Of a stretch of 64,000 nucleotides of DNA, positions 13,418 through 27,104 are shown one piece after another. A program made the position numbers and the translations under genes. The notes beneath the pieces are model-generated. The model had not been told where the DNA came from. It did not search any database and worked only from the letters and a program-made list of their open reading frames with translations. How positions within the stretch are numbered: position 1 is the first letter of the stretch; the number at the start of each line of letters is the position of its first letter. The stretch comes from Octopus vulgaris (lineage: Eukaryota), in the NCBI GenBank assembly GCA_951406725.2, contig OX597831.1, positions 44,144,001 through 44,208,000 of the forward strand, given 5' to 3'.

Positions 13418-13454
13418 CTTTCTGTTGAAGAGCGTAGGCTCGAAACATAAAAAG
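13418..13454 (+). ncRNA. Minimal hammerhead-like motif with CUGUUGA core, in a short repeat (to ~13540)
   Basis: CTTT CTGTTGA A GAGC-GTAG-GCTC GAAA CA TA AAAAG. The second copy (59045-59071, minus) has GAAA CG TA AAAG. Confidence 0.55.
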
Positions 13455-13714
13455 ACTTTCTCACTTTCCCGAGCGTCATACTAATACACCTGCTTGTTGT
13501 TCATACACCTGTCTTCGTCTTTTGTATTTATATAAACTTCAACTATACACACACACACACACGAACACACATATGATGGGTTGTATTTAAAATGGCGTAA
13601 AACTCAAACAGTACGTATATTCATATATATGTACGTGTGTGTGTGTGTGTGTGTATGTGTGTGTGTGCGTGTGTGTGTCTGTGTCTATGTCTGCATAGAT
13701 ACATAGATATATAC

Positions 13715-13799
<85 letters not shown>

Positions 13800-13808
13800 C
13801 ATGTGTGT

Positions 13809-14176
13809 GGAGGCGCAATGGCCCAGTGGTTAGGGCAGCGGACTCGCGGTCATAGGATCGCGGTTTCGATTCCCAGACCGGGCGTTGTGAGTGTTTATTG
13901 AGCGAAAATACCTAAAGCTCCACGAGGCTCCGGCAGGGATGGTGGTGATCCCTGCTGTACTCTTTCACCACAACTTTCTCTCACTGTTACTTCCTGTTTC
14001 TGTTGTACCTGTATTTCAAAGGGCCGGCCTTGTCACTCTCTGTATCCCCGAGAACTACGTTAAGGGTACACGTGTCTGTGGAGTGCTCAGCCACTTACAC
14101 GTTAATTTCACGAGCAGGCTGTCCCGTTGATCGGATCAACCGGAACCCTCGTCGTCGTAACCGACGGAGTGCTTCC
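13809..14176 (+). mobile_element. SINE family C, full length
   Basis: A-box TGGCCCAGTGG, B-box GGTTTCGATTCC, complete body and tail. Confidence 0.9.
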
Positions 14177-15402
14177 ATTCCATATACATGTGTATGTGTG
14201 TATAAATGTATGTGTATATACATATATACATATTCATCTATATATGTGTATTTATACACGCATATGTGTATATAAATCTAATTTAATGTTTATATATGTG
14301 TATAAATATACATATGTACACACACACTCACACAATAAACACAAATGGCGTTTTTTAACTTACGACAGCCGTAAATTTCAAACGTCATTTGTGTTTACGT
14401 CTTATACCACAGCAAGGACTCAACACTGAGTCGGATCGAAGGATAATAATTGCGTTTGGTTGTTGGGGTTCCCTGCTGCGCTTGAGTGGGGTCAACGGTG
14501 TCCCACCAGTACTGATGCCTTCAATGCTGGTTTTTCTTTTTCATTGTGATCCCTGTGTTATCGTGCCTAGCCATTTCTGGCGTCCTACGAGTTGATGTGT
14601 CCCGATTCTTATGAGTCCTTACAGCAAAATCGTATGTGTGTGTATGTTGTGTGTGTGTGTGATTGTGTGTGTATGTGTGTGTGTTTGTGTGTGTATGTTG
14701 TGTGTGGCGCGAGCCCACAATTATTTTCAATTAGTTAGCTACTATCAGAGAAACGTATTCCCCTTTTGTCCAAGCGTGTTTATGTCATGTGTTTCTTTGC
14801 ACAAATTGGAATAAAAAGATGAATGTAACGACAGAGAAATAAATATTAAAAACTAAAAATCACCATTATATTATAATGTAATTATAGTTTTGATAATTTT
14901 AAGTCATTTACAATAATTTTGAAGATACCGTTTTATCTGTTATTGCATTCGCATTTTACATTTACATGATAGCTCATTAATTTTACAGTATGTCAGCCCC
15001 CTCGATACTGAGAAAGAAAAACGAAAAAAAAAAAAACCATTAGCATTATTCACAGGAATATCTGAAATTAGATTTTACTCCTTTGTTCACTAATGAGACA
15101 ATACTTAGATGTTTGTTAGGTGAAACGACATTTCGAAAATGATTCAATGAGACCTTCGATGATGAAGGACCGCCTTGAGAGGATGAGAAGATGTTTTCTG
15201 ATACAAGGAACAACAAAGCAATGTAATATTTTTTTTTTCGTTTGAAGACACTTGAGAGAGGGCTTTAGAAAAAGGCCAATCTTGATGTTAATTCTAAAGT
15301 CACCATCTTATGCTCACACTATAGGGGAAATATAGCTTCTTTTAATATAAACATACATATATGTACATACATACATACATATATACATACATACATAGTG
15401 TG

Positions 15403-15488
<86 letters not shown>

Positions 15489-15831
15489 AAATTAAAAAAG
15501 GTAAATATATATATATATACACACACACTTACTTGGAAATGGATGCGTCGCGTTCAATCAAATAAATTTCCGGCCTTGTGCCTAGAGTTGAAAAGAATAT
15601 TGTTTTCATATTTAGAAAGCTGATTTATATTCTAAATTTAAAGAATTACAGAAAAGTTCTTCTTTGGTGCCCAACAGAGTTCTCAAAGTGCATACAGCAT
15701 TGTGTTCTTATTCTGGTGAGGATTGGAGGAGCGTAGACCCCCCCCTCCTGTTGGTATACTGCACCAGTTTGTTTTGGTATGGGGTTGGGGTTTAGCTTCT
15801 TCTTTCTGTTATATTAGTGGTGAATGTTCTA

Positions 15832-16575
15832 CGGTGGCGAGCTGCCAGAATCGTTAGATCGCCGGAGAAAATGCTAAACAGCATTTTGTCCGTCTTTACA
15901 TTGCCTTTAATCCATTTCGGGGTCGATAAAATAAGTACCAGTCGAACACTGGCGTCGATGTCATCGACCTACCCGTTCACCATACTCGCAGGCCTTGTGC
16001 CAAAATTTGAAATAGAGGGCAGTGAGCGTGCAGAATTGTTAGCACGCCGGACAAAACGGCTACCAGCATTTCGACCGTCTTTATGGTCTTTGTTCAAATT
16101 CCGCCAACGTCGACTTTGCTTTTCATCCTTTCGGACTCGATAAAAATATGCACTGTGGTCAATGTAATCGATTCACCTGCATCCTCGAAATTGCTGGCCT
16201 TGTGCCAAAATTTGAAATCATTATTATTACTTTTTTTTTTCTTTTCTACTCTAGGCACAAGGCCCGAAATTTTGGGGGAGGGTGGGGCCAATCGATTAGA
16301 TCGACCTCAGTACGCAACTGGTACTTAATTTATCGACTCCGAAAGGATAAAAGGCAAAATCGACCTCGGCGGAATTTTAACTCAAAACGCAAAGACGGCT
16401 GAAGTGTCGCTAGCCATTTTGCCCGGCGTGCTAACGATTATGCCAGTTCGCCGCCTTTCACTATTACTATTACTATCATATTACGAGGGCAGCGATCTGG
16501 CAACATCGTTAGCACGCCGAACAAAATGGCTAGCGACACTTCATCCGTCTTTACTTTCTGAGTTCAAATTCTGCC
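15832..16575. mobile_element. Cluster of SINE family A copies in both orientations
   Basis: Plus copies at ~15832-16215 and ~16487-16575; minus copy at ~16240-16457. Confidence 0.75.
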
Positions 16576-16606
16576 GTGTGTGTATGCACGTACATATATA
16601 CATATA

Positions 16607-16729
<123 letters not shown>

Positions 16730-16789
16730 TATATATAAGAAATTAAAATAGACAGCAGTTTGCAATGTTTTACCTAAAAGGAAAACTAT

Positions 16790-17035
16790 GTTCCTTCTCG
16801 AGCCATGCCAGTCTCATAAGGGCCGGTTTCCCGGTTTCAGTGGCGTAGAAATTCCCCAACTGGACGGGACGCCCGGTCCGTCGCAGGATTACTTATTTCT
16901 GCCAGCTGAGTGAACTGGAGCAACGTGAAATGAAGTGTTTTGCTCAAGAGCACAATGCATCGCCCGGTCCAGGAATCGAAACCACAACCTTGCGATCATG
17001 AGTTCAACACCCTAACCACTAAACCACGCGCCTCC
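16790..17035 (-). mobile_element. tRNA-derived SINE family D (V/CORE-domain-like)
   Basis: Minus strand: GGAGGCGCGTGGTTTAGTGG...GGTTTCGATTCC...CTTGAGCAAAACACTTCATTTCACGTTGCTCCAG. Confidence 0.75.
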
Positions 17036-17254
17036 GCAAGACTATAATTCTCTCTAAATGCGACTAGGGTGTTATGAATACCTACATTGCTAAAAGTAAG
17101 AGCTAAAATGTTCTAATACTATAGTCAAAGCACAATTATGTATATACATATATATGCATACGTATACATCCATATATACATACATACGTACATATATACG
17201 TTTATACATATAAATATATACACATATATTTACTCATATGTTTACTCACAAACA

Positions 17255-17312
17255 CACGCGCACGCGCACGCGCACGCGCACGCGCACGCGCACGCACACT
17301 CACACGCGCACG
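17255..17312. repeat. (CACGCG)n hexamer repeat
   Basis: Direct inspection; alternating purine-pyrimidine with many CpGs. Confidence 0.9.
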
Positions 17313-17345
<33 letters not shown>

Positions 17346-17346
17346 G

Positions 17347-17437
<91 letters not shown>

Positions 17438-17452
17438 GTATATGTATGTATG

Positions 17453-17533
<81 letters not shown>

Positions 17534-17814
17534 ATGTATATATATATATATATATCAGAAAGTCCTTCCTGTTAGTTGCGGAACAAGAAACAAGAGAGAA
17601 GAGTTAAGCTGGAAACCAAGAGGAAATGATGGACAGATATTAGGCCACCACTGCCGATCCACCAACAGGACGGTATTACGTTACAGGATCGAAATACCGG
17701 ATTATTGTCGGATTCCGTCTGCTTATATTAATTCTTCCTGTTCACTGCTACATTCAGCAAAAATGGCTGAAGAGAAAGCATCTTTTATCTTAGATGTTGT
17801 TAATCTCATACATA

Positions 17815-18210
17815 CATGTTGTTGTGTGGTAAGTAGCTTGCTTACCACCCACATGGTTTCGGGTTCAATTCCATTGCATGGCACCTTATAGTCTTCTACT
17901 ATAGCCTCGGGCCGACCAAAGCTTTGTGAGTGGATTTGGTAGACAGAAACTGAAAGAAGCCGTCGTATATATATATATATATATGTATGTATATGTTTGT
18001 GTGTCTGTGTTTTACCCCACTACCATCGATTGACAACCGATGTTCGTGTGTTTACGTCCCTGTGACTTAACGGTTCGGCAAAGGGAACCAATAGAATAAG
18101 TACTATGCTCACAAAGAATAAGTCCTGGGGTCGATTTGTTCGACTAAAGGCGGTGCTCCAGCATGGCTGCAATCAAATGACTGAAACATGTAAAAGAATA
18201 AAAGAATAAA
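17815..18210 (+). mobile_element. SINE family B
   Basis: Head, internal microsatellite and tail. Confidence 0.85.
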
Positions 18211-18212
18211 AA

Positions 18213-18334
<122 letters not shown>

Positions 18335-18338
18335 TTGT

Positions 18339-18589
18339 ATACTGTCAATCTAACAAGAACGTGACAGTAGGGGGTACACCACCGTTGTATAGCCTAGGAG
18401 GCATCGAACGCCTCCTGACAGCTTCGACACATTTTTCCCTGTGTCCTTATATATATATATATATATATATTGTATGTAAGGACACAGGGAAAAAATGTGT
18501 CGAAGCTGTCAGGAGGCGTTCGATGCCTCCTAGGGCTATACAACGGTGGTGTACCCCCTACTGTCACGTTCTTGTTAGATTGACAGTAT
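18339..18589. repeat. Near-perfect inverted repeat with ~111 bp arms around a (TA)n spacer
   Basis: 18339-18449 is the reverse complement of 18477-18589. The ORF track shows the same peptide [18 protein letters not shown] on both strands. Confidence 0.95.
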
Positions 18590-18639
18590 CGCCCCACCAC
18601 CGTACAGGTCTCTACGAGAGATTTAGAAATTCAATATTT

Positions 18640-18691
<52 letters not shown>

Positions 18692-18834
18692 CACATACAC
18701 ACACACGCACACATATATATACATACATATATATATTGCGCGCGCAGATGTCTCTGTGTGTTGCATGTGTGTGTGTATTTAGGCCGTATCAATTACATAA
18801 ATACTTGTAAACTCTGTGAACCAAAAGAGGTCAC

Positions 18835-19030
18835 CTCTACGTGAAATAGCAGTTAAAAACTTCCTCAAATCTCACTTCACTACGTTACAAATAGACAAGT
18901 GGATTATGCAGTCATGAATTCCCAACATATACGGAAAATGATTGCATGGGTCATGGTAGGAATACTTTTGATCATAGGTCTGTTCGATCAAGGGTAATCT
19001 CGGGATAAACACTGACAACATCAATCTGTA
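18835..19030 (+). mobile_element. Old SINE-like family E relic
   Basis: AAATAGCAG...AAATC.CAC...GGAAT.CTTTTGATCATAGGTCTG.TCGATCA. Related relics at ~29790-29960 (-), ~40620-40860 (-) and ~44330-44650 (+). Confidence 0.55.
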
Positions 19031-19133
19031 CTGACCAACAAACTGCAAGATACCGGCATATTCACTCGACCAGCTAGATATGGCAGCCAAACCCCCCTCG
19101 TGTGAAAAAGGATTGGCTGCCGAAAGCAGAACA

Positions 19134-19529
19134 TCTTTATATATAAAAGTAAGGTTGTGTGTCTGTCTCCTACGATTTAGATTCCTAACTACTCTCACAT
19201 TTTGCGGTGCAGTTTAACCAAAAGCGGGTATCTTATAGTCGTGATTCATATCGAACCTTCAGGGTATTAGTGCGCGTCTACGATGAGACTACGATTTTAA
19301 AAATAATTTACCATCATTTTTTTCCATTTTAATGCATTTTTTTCGCTATTATATAAGGGATGTAACTCTCTAAAAATGTCTACGATGAGTCACGATTTAA
19401 AAAAAAATTACCATCATTTTTTTTTCCATTTTAATGCATTTTTTTGCTATTTTTTTGGCTATAACTCTCTAAAAATGCTTTATAGTTATTTCCCTTACAA
19501 ACCCGAGCAACGCCGGGCGATACTGCTAG
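19134..19529 (+). mobile_element. Non-autonomous Helitron
   Basis: Starts TC(TTTATATATAAAAG) after an A; ends with hairpin CCCGAGCAACGCCGGG then CTAG before a T; no target-site duplication (TSD); internal ~100 bp tandem duplication starting GTCTACGATGAG. Confidence 0.88.
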
Positions 19530-19667
19530 TATTGTATAATTTAGTGCGGGATATAGTGCCTAGAAGAACGACAAAAACAGAATGCAGTTTTATATTGAGA
19601 TGAGGAATTATGTACATTATTTACGTTATTTACAATTGACGGATATTTGTCATCTTGTTTGTTGTTA

Positions 19668-19711
19668 ATACAACGTTTCGGCTGATATACCCTCCAGCCT
19701 TCGTCAGGTGT
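19668..19711 (-). ncRNA. Minimal type-I hammerhead ribozyme in a short PLE-type repeat (~19585-19760)
   Basis: Minus strand: ACAC CTGACGA A GGCTG-GAGGGTATAT-CAGCC GAAA CG TT GTAT. 5 bp stem II, palindromic ACGT stem III, stem I 3 of 4 paired. Confidence 0.7.
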
Positions 19712-19759
19712 CTTGGGGAAATTTCGAACCTGTGTTCTCATTCCTAAGGTATTTTTCGA

Positions 19760-19809
19760 TGTTGTTGTTGTCGTCGTCGTCGTCGTCGTCGTTGTTGTTG
19801 TTGTTGTTG

Positions 19810-19843
<34 letters not shown>

Positions 19844-19867
19844 CATTATTATTATTATTATTATTAT
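19760..19867. repeat. Compound (GTT)n(GTC)n(ATT)n microsatellite
   Basis: Direct inspection. Confidence 0.95.
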
Positions 19868-20619
19868 GTGGTTGGGAAATAAGCGTTTTAACCACACAGT
19901 CGTACCTACACGTATGGTCACAGCTGGAACGCCTTTCATTATAGCTCTGTTCTGTCATGTTTGACCCTGATTTAAACCAAAGCTACATCTACAACAATTA
20001 TCCGTAGACTATTACTAGCTAGTTAAGGATTATTAAGCTTAAACGCTTCTCTCTTTATAGCAGCTACCTCAAAGGAACATTAATAAAATTGGATAAGGCG
20101 CCATTGTCTTTTTTTCTACAACTTAACTGTTATGTATAAACTATTGAGAATGCTATTTCAATGTCCAAGAGAGAAAGTTTGTTCAGTTATTTATGCTTTC
20201 ATTCTTCCAGTCTTTCATTCTTTAAACAATAACTGGTCACTGAAATGAAAATAGCGGCAAGTGAAGCCGCTATTTACATAGCTTCCTGCTGCTGTTTGCT
20301 AGTTTTCGTAACAATTGATCGTCTGCTTTACTAAAACTACTTCGCTTTATCTTTCCACATGTCAATACTTAAAGCTCTGTGTGGGAAAATTTAGGACAAC
20401 TAATAATATTCAGACGACATGGGCTAAAAGCGTATCTACTCGACTCTCTATGTATGTGTGCTTAGTTCACGTCTTAGTGGCTTGGACCATTCAGTTATCG
20501 GTTGCCACATATTTTTACCGCTTATCTTTTACTTGATTGCAGTTACTGAGCTACAGCCAGGCTGGAGCACCTCATCGAAGGATTTCTTTGAGGGTTTTTT
20601 TCTTTTTTTCTTTTTTTTT

Positions 20620-21228
20620 TTTCGTAATTGTCTCCAGTTCTTAGCTGGGGCTTATTTTATCGAACCTGAAAGAATGAAAAGCAAGGTCGACTTCGAAAGA
20701 ATTTCAACTCAGAACGTAAAGTCGGACGAAGTGATATTAAGCATTTCGTCCGGCTAGCTAACTATCTTACGAGTTCACTGCCTTTAACAAACCCATAATA
20801 TCCTATCCACTATAAGCACAAGGCCTGAAATTTCGTGATTGTGGTGGTGGTGGTGGGGGGGGGGAGAGTTGATTACACTCCCCACCACCTCGGTGCTTGA
20901 CTGGTACTTTATTTATCGACCACGAAAGGATGAAAGGCAAAATCGACCTCGTCAGAATTTCGTCTCAGAACGTCAAGACGGATGAAATGTCATTAAGCAT
21001 TTTGTCCGGATTGATGATTCTGCCAGATCGCTGCCTTTAGTTAACCCATAATATATTTTCTACTATAGGCACACGGCTTGAAATTTGGTAAAGAAAGGGT
21101 AAGTCGACTACATCGACCCCAGTTCTCAGTTGACCCCGATGGTATTTGAACTCGGAACGTAAAATCGGAAGAAATGCCGCTAAGTATTTCTCCCATCGCG
21201 CTAACGATTCTGCCAGCTCACCGCCTTA
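20620..21228 (-). mobile_element. Three tandem degenerate SINE family A copies
   Basis: Repeated TTATCGA...GAAAGGATGAAAGGC and CAGAACGT...GAAATG, ending in GCCAGCTCACCGCC. Confidence 0.75.
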
Positions 21229-22101
21229 TATGTGTATATTATTGAGAAATGTAAGGTAAACGTGCAGTGTACGTCTTTCATCTTCTCTGTGATATTCCTC
21301 TCTCACTTGTTGTACATCTTCTTCCTCTTTCTTTTCTTTATCTTCCTTACATCAACCTTTTTCTCTTACCTTCTCTTTCCTTTTTTAGTTCTCTTTATTA
21401 CCTTCTGACGTTCCCCCTTTCAAATATGTAATCCACGCAATTTCTCAACCTTGTTCTGTTCACCTTTGTAGGACATCGAAAATACACAAACGACTTGGGG
21501 AAAATGGCGACACATTCCTCTACTGTTATCTATTTTGATTCAAGAAAACAAATTTTGGGCGATTGCTTCAACAGTGGAAGTAAATAGAAAAGATATACGC
21601 ATATTTTTCAACCAAACTGCTGCAATGTTGAACGTTTATTCAATATCATTTTCCACAAAACATGTGGAATATTTTGTGCGTTTGAAAAGGAGTTTGCTGA
21701 AAATTTAATTAAAACTTGCAAAACTGAAGAAAAATCTCAAAACAAAGGATAATATGGGACTTTTATAAATAAAATTTCATTGATTTTTGTCAACTTATTT
21801 TAAGTAGATTACTCAGATCCGAAGAGTAATTGCTACATACAAAACCTGCTGAGCAAGATATGAATAAATATAATATAAAAAAAAAAAGCTTCGATATTCC
21901 AGCTATTGTGAAAAACGGTTAAGAATATTATATCTTGCTTTGTAATCAGTTGGTGATATAAAATATACACAAGTTCAAGATTATATATGATTTTTCCTGC
22001 AATATTATATTTGTATGCAATGCATATTATATTTTACCTGACATATTACATACGTATATAAGCATTTGTGTATAGAAAGGTGTACATATGCATGTGTGTA
22101 A

Positions 22102-22102
<1 letters not shown>

Positions 22103-22184
<82 letters not shown>
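22103..22184. repeat. (GATA)n microsatellite
   Basis: Direct inspection. Confidence 0.95.
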
Positions 22185-22994
22185 TTATCATATAAATCAG
22201 TGTTTACTGTGAAATCTCTCTTCTGATTGAAGATTCCACTTTGAATGGAGCGGTAAATTCTAAAATGAATTGAAAATTAATTTTTACTAAATATAACGAA
22301 ACAAACACTTGATACTTTATATAATAGGATATTGGTTTCTTGGCACTATTGACTTTTCGTGATCCCAATGTCTTTTTTTTTTCCTTCCTTCCTTTATTTG
22401 GTTTCATTATTGGAAATATTGCCGTGATTTTAATGAGTCTTTTGTTTCATTATTTAAACTACATTTTTATCTAACTTTATTTTTGAATATTGCTTGCTGA
22501 ATTTAATGACTCGTGTGCAAAATTTTGGATCATTATTTGACATTTGGGAGTTAAAAGTAATTTATAAAAAGGAATCCCTACATGCCACGTATATCTCTTT
22601 CAAATTACATTGGTCAAACAAAACTTTTCCAAGATATATACGCGTTGTCCCTCTCACAAGACTTCCAAACAGTTTAGTCCTTGTTCCGTAGGGATTTTAA
22701 ATGAAATTATGTAACGCGAGTTATTTACGAAGAACAGATCTAATGTATTTCACAACATTGTACATCACGTTAGTATGTGTGATTCTGATAAATACATATT
22801 ATAATAAAATCTTTTGGAAATATTAATAAATAAATAACCTGTTATTTATTCAGCAAAGAAAGACAAAATTAAAAATAAATAAGGACCAATGGAAAAGTGT
22901 GAATAATTCCGACGAATACAAATGAAATTAAAAAAATATAATTGCCTCTATTATGGTCTTTCTGAAGCTGACAAGCACTAGCATCACCTCATCA

Positions 22995-23054
<60 letters not shown>

Positions 23055-23057
<3 letters not shown>

Positions 23058-23296
23058 CTTTTACTTGTTTCAGTCATTTGACTGCGGCCATGCTGGAGCA
23101 CCGCCTTTAGTCGAGAAAATCGACCCCAGGACTTATTCTTTGTAAGCCTGGTACTTATTCTATCGGTCTCTTTTGCCGAACCGCTAAGTTACGAGGATGT
23201 AAATACACCAGCATCGGTTGTCAAGCGATGTTAGGGGGGACAAACACAGACACACAAACACATACACAAACATACATACATACATACATACATACA

Positions 23297-23385
<89 letters not shown>

Positions 23386-23546
23386 GACGGGCTTCTTTCA
23401 GTTTCCGTCTACCGAATCCACTCATAGGGCTTTGGTCGGCCCGAGGCTATAGTAGAGGACACTTTCCAAAGGTGACATGCAGTGGGACTGCATCCAGAAC
23501 TATATGGTTGGTAAGCAAGCTACTTACAACACAGCCACTCCTGCAC
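23055..23546 (-). mobile_element. SINE family B, full length
   Basis: Complete reverse complement with an expanded internal (CATA)n(TA)n tract. Confidence 0.9.
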
Positions 23547-23548
23547 CT

Positions 23549-23619
<71 letters not shown>

Positions 23620-23634
<15 letters not shown>

Positions 23635-24575
23635 TGATGATGATGATGATGAGGATTTTGTTTATTTGCCACAAGGGTGAAGGATAAGGGTGACAATATG
23701 GAGACAGGCATAAAGTGTGGGGGTTTACATATAATAATGAAATGATAAAAAAAATAAAAGTATGCGCAGTAGGAAAAGAAAGGACATATGCGTAGCATAC
23801 AAAGGTAAAAAAAAAACAGAAGGCAGGGAAGATGATAGAGATGTGACCCTCTTGATACAGGAACGCCTCTAGGGATAATCGAGGAACGTCACTGTCCGAA
23901 ATTTCCCTGAAATCCTGGGAGCCAGTGCCCTCTCCACTTCCTCCTCTCCGACTCACAGGTCTACACTTAGAGAAGTACCACCCACTCTTGCCATTTCCAC
24001 AACTTTTACCCACTTTTCATTGAACTCTTGTGGTGTGTGCGCGATTTGAATATAAAAGGCGCCTACCTTCTGTTCCTCGTAATGGAGACCCTCCAGTGGT
24101 AACTAGTCCTTCGACACAGCCCCGGCCCGAACACTAACGATAGCAGCTGCTAGCCCAAGCCCTTAGCGACGTCCGCACACGTCTTGTCACCTGCACGACC
24201 CACGTTGGAAAGGCCCAATTAACCGCTGCCTGCGCACGCCTCACAGCTGTCCCTTCCGGTTGCCCCAGCTTCCGGTCAACGCACCCAGCTGCTGACGTCA
24301 TTCCACAACTCTCTCAAGTACTTCCCTCTTCCTTTTCAAGAGAAACTTGAAAAAGTCAATGAGAGCTCTGGAATGTATCTGTCCTCATGCCTTTCAGCCT
24401 TGCCCACCAAACAACCGCTTTCGCCACAGCCACCAGGCAAAGGAAAACTGCCTTGCCTGCCCGATTGAAGGAGGGTGGCGGTGCGATCATCACTGCAGAC
24501 TCAGCCGACAGACGGATCCGTCCCACACGTGACAGCAGCCGTTCAACATAACTCCAACCCTTTTTACGAAAGGCA
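23620..24575 (-). mobile_element. Tx1/L1-like LINE 3' relic
   Basis: GC-richer segment. ORF 24356-24646 has WSYVERLL...FLCLVAVAKAVVWWARLK, resembling the L.AK..IW..R C-terminus of L1-clade ORF2. Pyrimidine-rich 3' UTR with AATAAA and a (CAT)n/(TAT)n tail. Confidence 0.55.
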
Positions 24576-24749
24576 CAAAGCCTAGGATTTTGAGGGAGGG
24601 GGTAAGTTAAAGAGGATGCACACTTATTTAACGTTTTCTTCTGCATTACCCTTCTTTTTTCTCACATTCTCTCTCCCTAGTTCTACTGAGCATTAGAAAC
24701 TTCCACGTTTCGAATCTGAAGAGACAAAGATAGTAAACTTACATAGAAC

Positions 24750-25900
24750 AGGTTTATAAAAATTCTCACAGAGAGAACTTAATAGTAAAGTGTACATGAG
24801 AACTTAATAGTAAAGTGGGATTCCAGAATAGTTCATACAGTAAGTCAGAAATTTTCTGGCAATTATAATTATTCTGTTAACAATGAGAACAAGTATATTC
24901 TAAATGATAAATTGTGGAAATAAGAAAAAGAGAAAAAACTACCAGGGAACATAAGACGAGAAGTGAAACGAGATATTTCACTCTCCGATGTATCAGCTAA
25001 ATTTGATACAAGGGTCCCATAATAAGAATGTTCAGATAACGAAAACGAAGAAAAAAAACGAAGCCTTTTACTGGATGTACGTGTAAGGTTAATATAAAAT
25101 AGATTAAACACAGTTAATTAAATGCATGCGCAAAGATAAATGGTAATAAAACAAAAATACTTAAATAACCATAATTCACTTATAATGACGGCAGGTATTT
25201 TCACAAAATATTATATAGGCTCAGATACTATAAAATACTGCGAGATTAAAGAAAGACAGTAACGAGATCAGAACGAGCGAAACGAGATAATAAAACAGAA
25301 TAGAAAATGCGTTGATCTTCAAAACGCAACCAGAAAGCTCTTCATTCATAAAACAACCTACAACTCACGAAAGAAAACTAAATAGCAGTTGGTAAATATT
25401 ATTTTCAATTGATAAGGGTTCTAATCATCCACAAAATATTCTTTTCAGTTTAATCTCCTGTGTTAGCGGATGTATATCGCCTTTATTCCTTTTGTAGAAA
25501 CCCTGCTAGATCTATAAAATCCATTAATGCAGAATATCTTTCAAACAATGGTTGTACCATTGCCGAACGCGCATGTAATTGTACGAACTCTTGAAACTGT
25601 CCGCTTGATGGAGACTGTCTTGCCAAAATCCTACATTGGAATGACAGCAAGTGACTTTAAGACAAAATATTATTCGTACAGGCATTCGCTAGACAAGCCA
25701 AACGGAAAATTTTCCTTTGAAGTATCGATACGTATTAAGGAAAATTTATGATTGTACCTTTATGTCAATTCTTTCTTTTGCGAGTGATTACGAAGACGGT
25801 AACTTCAGAAATAAGTTGAGTTATCTTGTTTAACTGAAAAAGTTTAATATTCTCACAGAACAGGATAGCTTATATGTTTTTAAAAATTATTTCTTTGTGA
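24750..25900 (+). pseudogene. Highly degenerate Penelope-like element relic
   Basis: LLDVRV (FLD-like RT motif) near 25070; SYIGMTASDFKTKYYSYRHS (YIG...FK.R...H of GIY-YIG) at 25630-25690; EKFNIL near 25840. Confidence 0.55.
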
Positions 25901-26079
25901 TTATCTACATAGGCGTAGGAGTGGCTGTGTGGTAAGTAACCTGCTTACCAACAACATGGTTCCGGGTTCAGTCCCACTGCGTGGCTCCGTGGGTAAATGT
26001 CTTCTAATATAGCCTCGGGCCGACCAAAGCCTTGTGAGTGGATTTTATACATATATACGACTGAAAGAAGCTCGTCGTA

Positions 26080-26137
<58 letters not shown>

Positions 26138-26511
26138 TGTGTGTGTATGTTTGTGTGTCTGTGTTTGTCCCCTCAACATCGCTTGACAACTGATGCTGGT
26201 GTGTTTACTTCGCCGTAACTTAACAGTTTGGCAAAAGAGACCGATAGAATAAGTACTAGGCTTACAAAGAATAAGTTCTGGGGGTCGATTTGCTCGACTA
26301 AAGGCGGTACTCCAGCATGGCCACAGTCAAATGACTGAAACAAGTAAAAGAGTATAAGGTAAAATGTTACTATGTAATTTTCTACAACGAGATTTGCCCA
26401 AGAACATTTTTAGCGAAAGATAGTCTGCATTAATAGATTTTATAGATCTAGCAGAGTTTCTACAAAAGGAAAAAAGGCGATGTACATCCGCTAACACAGG
26501 AGATTAAACTG
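25446..26511. repeat. Inverted duplication of ~90-105 bp (25446-25550 vs 26404-26511)
   Basis: CAGTTTAATCTCCTGTGTTAGCGGATGTA...TAATGCAGA matches the reverse complement at 26424-26511. Confidence 0.9.
25910..26353 (+). mobile_element. SINE family B, full length
   Basis: Starts AGGCGTAGGAGTGGCTGTGTGG; ends AAGTAAAAGAGT. Confidence 0.9.
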
Positions 26512-26556
26512 TTTACGCACGCCTGATTTTGTGTGTATGTGTATATGCTCATCAGT

Positions 26557-26922
<366 letters not shown>

Positions 26923-26976
26923 CATATACAAACATGAACATGCATATCTATATATATATATACATACATATATATG

Positions 26977-27032
<56 letters not shown>

Positions 27033-27041
27033 CATACATAC

Positions 27042-27086
<45 letters not shown>

Positions 27087-27104
27087 TATATATATATATA
27101 TATA

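Noticed and set aside
13809-13880. tRNA gene
   Set aside because: The tRNA-like head with A/B boxes continues into a ~300 bp repeated body and lacks a proper acceptor stem, so it is a SINE.
14405-14625. Structured ncRNA (AGGACTCA...TGAGTCCT ends)
   Set aside because: Only 8 bp of terminal complementarity; more likely an old LINE 3' fragment and not resolvable here.
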